Below are positions 45,036-55,975 of a DNA stretch of 64,000 bases, in pieces. This DNA comes from an uncultured delta proteobacterium (GTDB lineage Bacteria > Desulfobacterota > Syntrophia > Syntrophales > UBA4778), in the NCBI GenBank assembly GCA_963784735.1, contig CAWASK010000010.1, positions 1,099 to 65,098 on the forward strand, in the 5' to 3' direction. Under the pieces are notes generated by a model that saw only the letters and a program-made list of their open reading frames with translations, did no database searches and was not told where the DNA came from. Within the stretch, counting starts at the first letter, position 1; every line of letters starts with the position of its first letter. Position numbers and translations under genes: made by a program.

Positions 45036-45779
45036 CTAAAAAGCCATCGTCCGCTGCATGGCGGCTTCGGCCTTTTTGACGTCCTCAATGGCCATAGTGT
45101 AGTACGCCTTGTGGCTCTCGTAGTCTGATCTGGTGACCAGCCCCTGGTCATAAAGGGCCCGGTAGCGGTTGAAATTTTGGAGGGCTAAATCTCGCAAAAA
45201 TAAAGCCCTCTGCAGATTGGAGACTGCTTCGACCGCTTTCAGCCCCTGGGTCGTTTGCCTGAATTCTTTTTTAAGCTCAGGAGAATCTTTATGAGCTGAC
45301 TGTATCCGCTTGTTCTCCTCCTCCAGCATTGCCACTTTCTGCAGGAGCGCCTTTTCCCGGTCGTTTGCTTTTTTGAGTTGCTCCAGGTACGACCTTTCCT
45401 TCAACATGTGCTGGACACTGCTTTCGAGAACGCTCATGTCCACATCCACTTTCACCGTTATCTCGATCCCGAAGGCCTCGCCGGTTAAATAATTTTTCTC
45501 GGAGACAATCTCGCTTTTCAAGATGCCGGCGGCAATGGCGAGAATTTCATCCTGTTCAACCCGGGCGTTACTTACAACAGTGGTGCTCTTTATATATGTG
45601 CCGGCCATCTCCAGGGCCTCGCGTTTTGACCTGGCCAGGCCGGCGGTCCTCGCGTCATCGGGGGATTGGCTGCCGCCAAAAACCTGCTTTACTGAATGTG
45701 TAATGGTCTTGATCTCTCCGTATACAAAGGACGGCATCAGGAGCACAACAGTGAGGAGAAAAACCGGTATGCGTTTCAT
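45036..45779 (-). CDS. Secreted hypothetical protein with FlgT_N/LPP20-like N-domain and coiled coil
   Basis: Signal peptide; DDARTAGLARSKREALEMAGTYI; heptad-rich C-terminal half. Confidence 0.65.
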   Translation of the reverse strand: MKRIPVFLLTVVLLMPSFVYGEIKTITHSVKQVFGGSQSPDDARTAGLARSKREALEMAGTYIKSTTVVSNARVEQDEILAIAAGILKSEIVSEKNYLTGEAFGIEITVKVDVDMSVLESSVQHMLKERSYLEQLKKANDREKALLQKVAMLEEENKRIQSAHKDSPELKKEFRQTTQGLKAVEAVSNLQRALFLRDLALQNFNRYRALYDQGLVTRSDYESHKAYYTMAIEDVKKAEAAMQRTMAF

Positions 45780-46153
45780 ATTTCATGCCTTTTTTGATTA
45801 ACGGAATCGACAATACAGTGCCGCAATATATATCAAAATATGGAATTCAAGTCCAATCTCGCCGATAGACTTTAGCGGGATTAGAAATGACTCAACGTCA
45901 TAGAGGACCTGATTCAAAAATCCAAGGACTGCGAAGCTGCCCGCCATGGCAAGGATATACACCTGCGTTCAGTCATACGTAACAGGGCGAGGAACAGGAT
46001 CGCCTGCAAGCACATTTAGATTCTTGTCAGTTTAATGCTCATGAAAAATCAGGAAAGGACTGATAGCAATTTTTGAAGGGCGAGAAGATATAATTATAGG
46101 TGTATGTTCGAACTGGTATGGCTGTGTCTTCATCATTTTAGTGGAGATTTCAG

Positions 46154-47337
46154 TTGGAGCAGAGATTGTTTAGATTCACGGATAAATTCATCACAACTCT
46201 CAGGCTGTCAATTATCGCCGGGGGAATCCTGGGGGTAAGCGTTCTGCACTATTTCACGCCCCTGTCGGAACCAGTCCTGCATGATATTTATCAAAGGCTC
46301 TATTACCTGCCGATTATACTTGCCGCGTTCTGGTTTGGGATGAAGGGGGGCATCGGGACCGCAATCATCGTAAGTTTCCTGTATCTGGCTTCACATAGTT
46401 TATCAATGGGGCGGCTATGCGGGACATTCGGGCCACAACGCAATGGAGGTCGATAAATTCCTGGAGATCATGATTTATAATCTCGTGGGCTTTGTTACAG
46501 GGTTTCTATCGGAGCAGGAGAAGCGCCGCCGGGATCAACTGGAACGGACGTCGGCAGGGCTTGGAACAATCATACCAGGAGCTCCAGTGCCAAGCGGATT
46601 GCACAATCCGCATTGAAGAGCAGCTCAGGAAGGCGGAGCGCTTGTCGGTTTTGGGCGAACTGTCGGCGGTCCTGGCGCATGAAATCCGCAACCCGCTGGG
46701 CTCCATACATGGCACAGCGGAAATACTCAAAGATGACTACAAGCCCGGGGATAAGAAATATGAGTTCCTGGAGATACTGTTAAAAGAATCGGACCGCCTC
46801 AACCGGGTGGTGGAGGATTTTTTAAGGCTCAGCCGCCCTCAGCCGCTCGTGCTCGCACCCTGCAACATAGGAGAGGAACTGCGCAGCATCACCATGCTCG
46901 TGGCGGCCGAAGCAAAGGACCGTGATATCAGGCTCGAAGTGCATGCCGATGAAAACCTGGAAATTATGGGGGACAGGGACAAACTCCATCAGGCCTTTTT
47001 GAATATCATCCTCAACGGGCTCCAGGCCGTCCCCGACAAGGGCTCAATTGTCATAGAAGCCCGTATGCTGGACAATGCCGCCCTGGATGGTGCGGAGCTG
47101 GAGATAATCTTCAGAGACAGTGGGCCGGAGATCCCGGAAGATCTGCAAAAGAAAATCTTTGAGCCGTTCTTTTCCACCAAGAAGGACGGCACGGGGCTCG
47201 GGCTTTCCATAGCAAAAAAAATTATAGAATCTCACGCCGGCAGTATAACGGTGGTTTCGGAAGCTCAAAAAGGGACCGCTTTCAAAGTTCGCCTGCCTGT
47301 GGTTTGTTCCTTCAAACAGCGCCGCAGAGCTCAATAA
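46154..47337 (+). CDS. Membrane sensor histidine kinase (frameshifts near 46390-46550)
   Basis: LHYFTP..LHDIYQRLYYLPII TM region, LAHEIRNPL H-box, FLNIILNG and FFSTKKDGTGLGL. Confidence 0.9.
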
Positions 47338-47361
47338 AACGGAATCACAGGAAGATAAATC

Positions 47362-48735
47362 ATGAAGCGAAAAATTCTCATCGTGGATGACGATTCGTCG
47401 TTCAGGCGGATACTGGAATACAATCTTCAGGAGGAAGGTTATGAAGTCCTTCCCGCATCATCCGGGGAGGCGGGCCTTGTCCTGTTCAAGGAGCAAAACC
47501 CCGACCTGGTCATTACCGACATGAAAATGGAAGGCATAAGCGGGATAGATCTTCTGCACAATATAAAGAAGCTCTCTCCCGATACCCTGGTGATAATCAT
47601 TACTGCCTTCGGGGCTGTCGAAGATGCCGTGGAGGCCATGAAGCTCGGAGCCTACGACTACATCACAAAACCTGTCAACCGTGATGAGCTTAAACTGGTT
47701 GTGCATAAAGCGCTGCAGCTGACCAGCCTTTCCTCGGAGAACCGGGACCTTAAACAGCGTCTTGCGGACAACGAGGATTTCAAAAAAATAATCGGTGTTT
47801 CCGATGCAATGTCAGAGGTGTTTGCAGTTATAAGGAAGGTGGCCGATACGGAAGCAGCGGTCCTGATAACAGGCGAATCGGGGACAGGAAAAGAACTTGT
47901 GGCCCGTGCCATTCATGAGCGCAGTTCGCGCCGGAAATCCCGTTTTGTTACCATAAACTGCGCGGCAATCCCCAAAGATTTGCTGGAAAGTGAGCTCTTC
48001 GGCCATGTGAAGGGGGCTTTCACCGGTGCGGTACGGGATCAGCTGGGAAAATTCCAGCAGGCGGACGGCGGCACAATTTTCCTTGATGAAATTGGCGAGA
48101 TGCCGCTCAACATGCAATCCAAGCTTCTGCGGGTCCTGCAGGAGAAGGAAATAGAACCTGTCGGCGCGGCCGGCATTCAGAAGATCGATGTTCGCATCAT
48201 TACGGCGACAAATCTTGACATCGAGGCGGAAGTCGCAGCAGGCCATTTCCGCGAGGACCTTTATTACAGGATTTCGGTGATCCCCATTCATCTGCCGCCC
48301 CTGCGTCAAAGGCCGGACGATATACCCCTGCTTGTAAAACACTTTGCCGAAAAGGCAGGAAAGGGCACAATAGAATTCAGCGCGCAAGCCTTAAAGGCAC
48401 TTTCAAAATACCCGTGGCCAGGCAACGTGAGAGAGCTTGAAAACACAATCACCCGAACCATCATCATGCGCCGGGGAGACAGGATTGAGGTCGAAGATTT
48501 GCCCGCCAAGATCCTTTCGTGGCCGCAAAATCAAAAGACAGCTGCTACTTTCAACCTCCCGCCCGAGGGATATCCCCTCGATCAACTCGAGAGGGACGTC
48601 ATTGTCGAGGCCCTTGAGAGGAACAACTGGAACAAATCAGGGGCGGCGGCATTCCTGAAGATACCCCGTCACGTACTCCTCTACCGGCTCGAAAAATATG
48701 GGATAAGCGCTCCTCCGAAGAAGGACCAGGGCTGA
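47362..48735 (+). CDS. Sigma54-dependent response regulator (NtrC family)
   Basis: Receiver domain, GESGTGKE, ESELFGHVKGAFTGA, FLDEIGE, WPGNVREL and Fis-type HTH. Confidence 0.95.
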   Translation: MKRKILIVDDDSSFRRILEYNLQEEGYEVLPASSGEAGLVLFKEQNPDLVITDMKMEGISGIDLLHNIKKLSPDTLVIIITAFGAVEDAVEAMKLGAYDYITKPVNRDELKLVVHKALQLTSLSSENRDLKQRLADNEDFKKIIGVSDAMSEVFAVIRKVADTEAAVLITGESGTGKELVARAIHERSSRRKSRFVTINCAAIPKDLLESELFGHVKGAFTGAVRDQLGKFQQADGGTIFLDEIGEMPLNMQSKLLRVLQEKEIEPVGAAGIQKIDVRIITATNLDIEAEVAAGHFREDLYYRISVIPIHLPPLRQRPDDIPLLVKHFAEKAGKGTIEFSAQALKALSKYPWPGNVRELENTITRTIIMRRGDRIEVEDLPAKILSWPQNQKTAATFNLPPEGYPLDQLERDVIVEALERNNWNKSGAAAFLKIPRHVLLYRLEKYGISAPPKKDQG

Positions 48736-48757
48736 GCTGTCAGCTGAAGCCCTCCTG

Positions 48758-48790
48758 GAGAATATTCTCTACCCCTGAAGAATATTCTTC
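48758..48790. promoter_or_regulatory. Tandem palindromic enhancer (UAS) sites
   Basis: GAGAATATTCTC (48758-48769) and GAAGAATATTCTTC (48777-48790), centres 20 bp apart. Confidence 0.75.
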
Positions 48791-48843
48791 ACTTGCAACC
48801 CCCGCATTTTTAGATTCTCCTTGCAAATCGGGCACTTATGCTT

Positions 48844-48858
48844 TGGCACGTTCCTTGA
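48844..48858 (+). promoter_or_regulatory. Sigma54 -24/-12 promoter
   Basis: TGGCAC-GTTCC-TTGA against the consensus TGGCAC-N5-TTGC. Confidence 0.75.
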
Positions 48859-48932
48859 ATCATAAGAAGGCAAATGAGATGAATAAAAAAAGTAAAAATA
48901 CAAAGAAAAAATTAAGAGAAAGGAGAGGTAAA

Positions 48933-49334
48933 ATGAAAAAGTCAATTCTGAACCTTATGGCAGCAGGCGTACTGTTCGTTGGGATGACTGCAGGAAACCT
49001 CGCATTTGCATACGACGATACAAGGTCGAACCCCACAGAGCCATTGAAGTCGGACAGGTATGAAACCTTGGCGGCTTACAGCTCAGACGATATGACATCG
49101 AACTCCCAAGAGCCATTGATGACGGAAAGGTTCGAAACGTTGGCGGGCTACGGATCTGACGATATGACATCAAACCCCAGCGAGCCGCTGAAGTCGGACA
49201 GGCAGGAATTTTTGGTGGCGTTCGTATCTGACGATACGATGTCAAACCCCAGAGAACCGTTGAAATCCGATCGGCAGGAATCCTTGGTGAAGTTCGGATC
49301 CGACGAGACAACCTCTAACCCCCAAGAACCGTAG
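48933..49334 (+). CDS. Secreted protein of 24-aa tandem repeats
   Basis: AGGAGAGG RBS, Sec signal ending in AFA, then about 4.5 copies of SDDxxSNPxEPLKSDRxExLxx(Y/F). Confidence 0.8.
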   Translation: MKKSILNLMAAGVLFVGMTAGNLAFAYDDTRSNPTEPLKSDRYETLAAYSSDDMTSNSQEPLMTERFETLAGYGSDDMTSNPSEPLKSDRQEFLVAFVSDDTMSNPREPLKSDRQESLVKFGSDETTSNPQEP

Positions 49335-49349
49335 TTTTTGGAGTCGCTG

Positions 49350-49382
49350 AGGGGAGGCAGAACAAAATTCTGCCTCCCCTTA
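49350..49382. terminator. Strong hairpin after the repeat gene
   Basis: AGGGGAGGCAGAA-CAAAA-TTCTGCCTCCCCT. Confidence 0.6.
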
Positions 49383-49628
49383 GATTCTAGTAATCCGGAA
49401 TCCAATCCATCTGCTCTAAAAAAGAAAAGGCCGGTAATTATGAGCCGGTAATTATGAGGATGAAATTACATCTGGAGTGAGGGGTTGCATTTTTTGCAGA
49501 GAGCTGAAATCTACTCTACTGATTCTGGAAATTAGAGGGGAGGTACCTCCTCCTCTTTTAAAAAAGTCTCCTTGTCGGCCATCCTGGAGCAGAATTTTCC
49601 AGAGATTGACAGGGCTTTCGACCCGTTG

Positions 49629-49952
49629 TCACTGTAATTTAATTAGTTGGCTTTTGGTTATCCGGGCGCGCGTTACTTTACTCCCCGGCGGGGTGTAGTA
49701 TTCGAGCGTCGCCTGGACCTTATCTCCGACGTGATACTGACTGAGATTTACGCCGCTATCGGGGGGTACCAGAATCTCCCACAGTTTACCGTATTGATCT
49801 TTGACAACAACAGTCCCGGTTGCTGCATCAATCTTGACAATCGTTCCAGTCAACGTTGTGGCTGCCGACGCGTTCATTGTCGGTGACATGAAAAAAAGAA
49901 CGGCGATAAACACAACCGTCAGGCTAACTCCGCACGCGCATTTTACCCTCAT
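49629..49952 (-). CDS. Small secreted hypothetical protein, OB-fold-like (start uncertain)
   Basis: Hydrophobic leader, then GTIVKIDAATGTVVVK...YHVGDKV. Confidence 0.55.
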   Translation of the reverse strand: MRVKCACGVSLTVVFIAVLFFMSPTMNASAATTLTGTIVKIDAATGTVVVKDQYGKLWEILVPPDSGVNLSQYHVGDKVQATLEYYTPPGSKVTRARITKSQLIKLQ

Positions 49953-50039
49953 GCCCCCCCTTGTCGGCTGGTACACCTTTTTGTTTCGTTCAGATTCTGT
50001 TGCAAATCTATCATTGATGGAATAGTTGTCAACAACAAA

Positions 50040-50111
50040 GTGGGCTCGATACAGGCGGTCCTGAGACATCAGAATTTGGCGGCAACGGAAAAGTACATAA
50101 AACGCTTATAA
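50040..50111 (+). pseudogene. Tyrosine recombinase/integrase C-terminal remnant
   Basis: Manual translation VGSIQAVLRHQNLAATEKYIKRL* matches the box II pattern IQxxL(G/R)HxxxxxTxxY; about 110 bp from the tRNA-Glu 3' end. Confidence 0.65.
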
Positions 50112-50222
50112 GTCTTGTGCTTTCAGGAGGAAAAAGCCGTCTGGCGGAGCCGAATGACCCCGCCAAACAAATTAACGGAAGAGAGGCGGTATCGCAAGCA
50201 GCCGATACCACAACATAAAATT

Positions 50223-50297
50223 TGGTAGTCCCACGGGGAGTTGAACCCCGGTTTCCGGCGTGAGAGGCCAGCGTCCTAACCACTAGACGATGGGACC
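50223..50297 (-). tRNA. tRNA-Glu(CTC)
   Basis: Reverse complement GGTCCCATCGTCTAGTGGTTAGGACGCTGGCCTCTCACGCCGGAAACCGGGGTTCAACTCCCCGTGGGACTACCA. Confidence 0.95.
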
Positions 50298-50298
50298 A

Positions 50299-50369
50299 TG
50301 GCTGGGGGACTAGGAGTCGAACCTATAGCAAGATCAGAGTCTTGAGTCCTGCCGTTAGACGATCCCCCG
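50299..50369 (-). tRNA. tRNA-Gln(CTG), apparently missing a few bases (probable sequencing deletions)
   Basis: GGGGGATCGTCTAACGGCAGGAC, anticodon arm CAAGA-CTCTGA-TCTTG, TAGGTTCGACTCCTAG and 3' GCCA; follows gltX. Confidence 0.78.
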
Positions 50370-50467
50370 ATAAAGTCGAAGAAGGCGTTTTTAAAGAATT
50401 CGGCCCGAAAAGTCAAGATCAAAGTAAACTGCCGTGCCGCCTTTTCAAGCTCTTTCGGATCAATATT

Positions 50468-51902
<1,435 letters not shown>

Positions 51903-52132
51903 TTAATATCGAATATTTAAATCAAAGGCAATATCATTCTCGGCTGCGGATACGGGCCTCGCAGGGCCGGTAAGGCATTATTTTCAGGTAAAAATCCCGG
52001 GAAAACAGCCGCTGCCATGCATCGGGGTCGTACCGAAAATGAAAATTATCTTGACAAGTTGGGTCGTTTTTAATTAACAATACCAATTTACTGTGAGATA
52101 TAATTGCGAAGCAAACGCGGCAAGAGGTCTCT

Positions 52133-52696
52133 TTGAAAATTATCGTCAGAAATATTCCGGAAGACGGGCTGAAATTCCATTTCACGAACGGGGAAAACTG
52201 GCATCGCAGGCTCCTCGGCAATGAAAGGGGAATGGATTTTTCCCTGGAAGCCACCTCCGTTGACGGTTCCGCCGAGAAATCCGGCGACACCGTCACCCTT
52301 TCCGTGGAGGTTCGGACAGCCATCGGGACGCAATGCGGCAGATGTCTTGAGCCTCTGATAATACCTGTGAACTCAGAATTTAAATACACGCTGATACCGG
52401 TTCCCGAGAAGAGCGGGGAGCCCGAAGTGGAGCTTTCCCTCGACGAACTGAATATTGGATATTATAAGGAAGACGAAATTGACCTTGACCCGATCGTCCT
52501 GGAGCAGGTTGTGCTCCAGATACCGATCAAGCCTTTGTGCAGCGAGGCCTGCAAGGGGCTTTGCCCCAGCTGCGGGGCGGACCTGAATTCCGAGCCCTGT
52601 GAATGCAGGGCCGATGCCGGCGACCTGAGGTTAGCCGCTCTCAAGAATTTTAAAGTCAAGAGCAAGGACAAAGAAAAAGACAAAGATTCGAAATAA
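52133..52696 (+). CDS. yceD: YceD/DUF177 family protein
   Basis: CGRCL and PIKPLC...CKGLCPSCGADLN..CEC; precedes rpmF. Confidence 0.9.
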   Translation: MKIIVRNIPEDGLKFHFTNGENWHRRLLGNERGMDFSLEATSVDGSAEKSGDTVTLSVEVRTAIGTQCGRCLEPLIIPVNSEFKYTLIPVPEKSGEPEVELSLDELNIGYYKEDEIDLDPIVLEQVVLQIPIKPLCSEACKGLCPSCGADLNSEPCECRADAGDLRLAALKNFKVKSKDKEKDKDSK

Positions 52697-52712
52697 AGGA
52701 AGGTGAACAGAA

Positions 52713-52898
52713 ATGCCAAATCCAGTAAAGCGACATTCCAAGGCAAGAAGGGACAAGAGAAGGGCGCACGATTTCCTGACCGCCCCGGCGATCTCAGTGT
52801 GTCCGCAGTGCAATGAACCGAAGCTTCCCCACCGGGCCTGCAAAAAGTGCGGGACTTACAAGGGCAGGGAAGTGATATCGTTGGAAAAGGCCTCATAA
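52713..52898 (+). CDS. rpmF: 50S ribosomal protein L32
   Basis: [34 protein letters not shown]. Confidence 0.96.
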   Translation: MPNPVKRHSKARRDKRRAHDFLTAPAISVCPQCNEPKLPHRACKKCGTYKGREVISLEKAS

Positions 52899-52910
52899 AG
52901 GCAGGCATGC

Positions 52911-53868
52911 ATGCAGAGTTTCGCGCTCGTTTTCCCGGGACAGGGCTCCCAGTATGTGGGCATGGGCAAGGAGCTTTGCACCGAATTTCGGGTTGCTCGT
53001 GATGTTTTCACCGAAGCGTCCGACACCCTCGGTTTTGACCTGGCTTCCCTGTGCTTTGAGGGGCCGCGTGAGAGGCTGGACCAGACAATTTTCACCCAGA
53101 CCGCGGTCCTGACCGCCGACATAGCCGCCTTCAGGGTGTTTGCAGGCGGAGATTGGACTGAGGCCCCGCATCATGGCCGGCCACAGCCTGGGAGAATACG
53201 GGGCGCTTGTCGCCGCGGGGGCGGTTGATTTCAGCCGGGCCTTGACCCTTGTCGAGGCAAGGGCCAGGCTGCAGCAGGATGCGGTGCCCCTCGGCAAGGG
53301 CGGCATGGCCGCAATCCTCGACATGGATCCGGCAGCCCTCGAAGAAATTTGCGCTGGAGTCCGCAGTTCCATGGGGCCTGAAGGGGCGGTTTATCTCGCG
53401 ATAAACAACGGGCCGACCCAGATCAGTGTGGCCGGGCTTTGTCCCGCCCTGGACGAAACGATTGTGCGCGTCAAGCAGGCTGGCGGAAGGGGTATAAAGA
53501 TACCGGTGAGCGTGCCTTTCCATTGCGAACTGATGGCGGGCGCCGCCGAGCGGTTTGCGGAAGTCCTCGGCGATATGGAGTTCCGCGAATTCGGCATCCC
53601 GGTGGTCCCGAATTGTGATCCGGGGTCTCTCTATACCCCGGAAAACGTCAGGCATTTGCTGGTGACCCAGATCCGCTCCCTGGTAAGGTGGCATGAATCG
53701 GTGAATAAACTTTCCGCCGCGGCCGTCGGCATGGTGGTGGAAGTGGGCCCGCGAAAGGTCCTGTCGGGACTGATCAAGCGGATCGATAAAAACCTGGTAA
53801 TAACGAATATAGAGGATTTGGAGTCTTTAAAAAAAACGCTTAAGGTGCTAAATGAGAGTGCCGGTTGA
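52911..53868 (+). CDS. fabD: Malonyl-CoA:ACP transacylase (frameshift near 53145)
   Basis: FPGQGSQ, GHSLGE, VSVPFH and EVGP. Confidence 0.93.
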
Positions 53869-53931
53869 GCGCTGATTTTATATCTGCCCAAGAAACCTGT
53901 TTTTGAATTTTGGAAGGAGGACATCTGCGGA

Positions 53932-54174
53932 ATGTCGATCGAAGAGAAAATCATCGAAATAATAATGGAGCAGTTGGATGTGAGCAGGGAGGAATGCGTC
54001 CCCGATGCGTCGTTCATGGACGACCTGGGAGCGGATTCGCTCGACATTGTTGAGCTTATAATGGCAATGGAAGAGAACTTCGGGATCGAGATTACAGATG
54101 ATGAACTCCTGAAAATCAGGACGGTCCGCGACGCGATTGACTTTATCGTGAAAAAGAGGGGAATGATAAACTGA
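53932..54174 (+). CDS. acpP: Acyl carrier protein
   Basis: [18 protein letters not shown]. Confidence 0.96.
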   Translation: MSIEEKIIEIIMEQLDVSREECVPDASFMDDLGADSLDIVELIMAMEENFGIEITDDELLKIRTVRDAIDFIVKKRGMIN

Positions 54175-54205
54175 TCTTTTCTAGTTATCTTTCCGGTGAC
54201 GTGAA

Positions 54206-55447
54206 TTGAGGAGGAAAGTTGTCATAACGGGGCTGGCCGCGGTGAGCCCGCTGGGAAATTCCCTCCGGGAGACCTGGGCAGGGATCTGCGCGGCAAAATC
54301 TGGTATTTCCACCATCACAAAATTCAATACGGACGGTTTCAGGACCACCATAGCAGGGGAATTGAAGGGCTTTGATCCCCTCGCCTTCATGAGCGCCAAG
54401 GAGCTGCGCAGGAATGACGATTTCATAGTATATGCCCTGGCATGCTCCGAGATGGCGCTGGCCGACGCCGGCCTGTCAATCGACCCGGGCAGGGCCGAGC
54501 GCACGGGAGTCATAATCGGCTCCGGTATCGGCGGCCTGGCGACTCTGGAAAGGGAGAAAGAAGTTCTGCTCGCGGGCGGCATCAAGAAGATCTCACCGTT
54601 CACGTTGCCCGCGGTCCTGGCGAACCTTGCCTCGGGCCAGGTCTCGATAAAATTCGGCGCCAAGGGGCCGATCAGCTGTGTAGTGACTGCGTGCTCGTCG
54701 GGATCCCATTCAATCGGGGAATCATTCAGGCTCATCAGGGACGGCTATGCCGACGCAATGATCACCGGCGGCACGGAAGCCGCCATCACGCCGCTGGGCT
54801 TTGCCGCCTTCGGCGCCATGCGCGCCCTTTCCACCCGCAACGACGCTCCCGAAAAGGCCAGCAGGCCCTTTGACGTGGACCGCGACGGTTTTGTGATGGG
54901 CGAAGGCTGCGGGATCCTGATCCTCGAAGAGCTTTCCTCAGCCCTGGACAGGGGCGCCCGGATCTATGCCGAACTCGTCGGGTATGGGATGACGGCGGAC
55001 GCATTCCATGTCGCCGCCCCGCCTCCCGGGCACGAGGGAGCAGTGCGGTGCATGCGCCTTGCCTTGCAGGACGCGGGAATGCAACCCGGGGAAATCGATT
55101 ATATAAACACGCATGGGACTTCCACGCCTCTCAACGACATTTACGAGACGCAGGCCATCAAGCAGGTCTTTGGCGGGCATTGCGCGAAATTAGCCGTGAG
55201 CTCGACGAAGTCCATGACCGGCCACCTGCTGGGCGCCTCCGGCGGCCTGGAAGCCGTTATTTCGGTCAAAACGATCCAGGACGGGATTATTCCACCCACG
55301 ATCAACCTGGACCGTCCCGATCAGGAGTGCGACTTGGACTATGTCCCGCACGTGTCGCGAAAGGCAAGGGTCGACGCCGTCATGAGCAACGCTTTCGGGT
55401 TTGGGGGGGCGAATGCCGTGCTGGTTATGAGGCGCTACAATGGCTGA
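54206..55447 (+). CDS. fabF: Beta-ketoacyl-ACP synthase II
   Basis: TACSSG, HGTST, KSMTGHLLGA and FGFGG. Confidence 0.95.
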   Translation: MRRKVVITGLAAVSPLGNSLRETWAGICAAKSGISTITKFNTDGFRTTIAGELKGFDPLAFMSAKELRRNDDFIVYALACSEMALADAGLSIDPGRAERTGVIIGSGIGGLATLEREKEVLLAGGIKKISPFTLPAVLANLASGQVSIKFGAKGPISCVVTACSSGSHSIGESFRLIRDGYADAMITGGTEAAITPLGFAAFGAMRALSTRNDAPEKASRPFDVDRDGFVMGEGCGILILEELSSALDRGARIYAELVGYGMTADAFHVAAPPPGHEGAVRCMRLALQDAGMQPGEIDYINTHGTSTPLNDIYETQAIKQVFGGHCAKLAVSSTKSMTGHLLGASGGLEAVISVKTIQDGIIPPTINLDRPDQECDLDYVPHVSRKARVDAVMSNAFGFGGANAVLVMRRYNG

Positions 55448-55949
55448 TGCCGCCAGGCTGGTCATAGCGTCCGATCATGCCGGGTACGGGCTGAAGGAAG
55501 AGATAAAAGGGTTCCTGTCGGCCAGGGGACTTGCGGTTGAAGATGTCGGGACGGCTTGCCCTGATCCGGTCGATTATCCGGATTTTGCCGCCAGGGCGGC
55601 GGCCCTCGTCTCGTCAGGCGAAGTTGCCAGGGGCATCCTGATCTGCGGGTCGGGGATAGGGATGTCGATCACGGCAAACCGGTTTCCCGGCGTCCGGGCT
55701 GCCCTTTGCTGGACCAGCGAAATAGCCCGTCTGAGCCGCGAGCACAACGACTCGAATATTCTTGTGCTGGCAGCCCGGTTCACGGCCGCCGAAGATGCAA
55801 AAGAGATAGTATGCGTCTGGCTGGAGACGGCCTTTTCACGTGAGGAGCGCCATGCCGGGAGGCTGGAAAAAATAGCCCGGATCGAAAAAGAACTGCAGGG
55901 GAGATCCTTAAAACCCGGCGGGGAGCCGGGTCCGGGGAGGACCTGCTAA
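55440..55949 (+). CDS. rpiB: Ribose-5-phosphate isomerase B
   Basis: SDHAG, VDYPD, CGSGIG and REHND. Confidence 0.94.
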   Translation: MADAARLVIASDHAGYGLKEEIKGFLSARGLAVEDVGTACPDPVDYPDFAARAAALVSSGEVARGILICGSGIGMSITANRFPGVRAALCWTSEIARLSREHNDSNILVLAARFTAAEDAKEIVCVWLETAFSREERHAGRLEKIARIEKELQGRSLKPGGEPGPGRTC

Positions 55950-55975
55950 ATTCATATGCAAGCAGGAGGAGTTGA

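Noticed and set aside
49010-49334. 72-bp repeats as a CRISPR array
   Set aside because: Degenerate, in-frame coding repeats with no unique spacers and no cas genes
49430-49457. Exact 14-bp tandem duplication GCCGGTAATTATGA
   Set aside because: Only two copies in intergenic DNA; could be slippage or an assembly artefact
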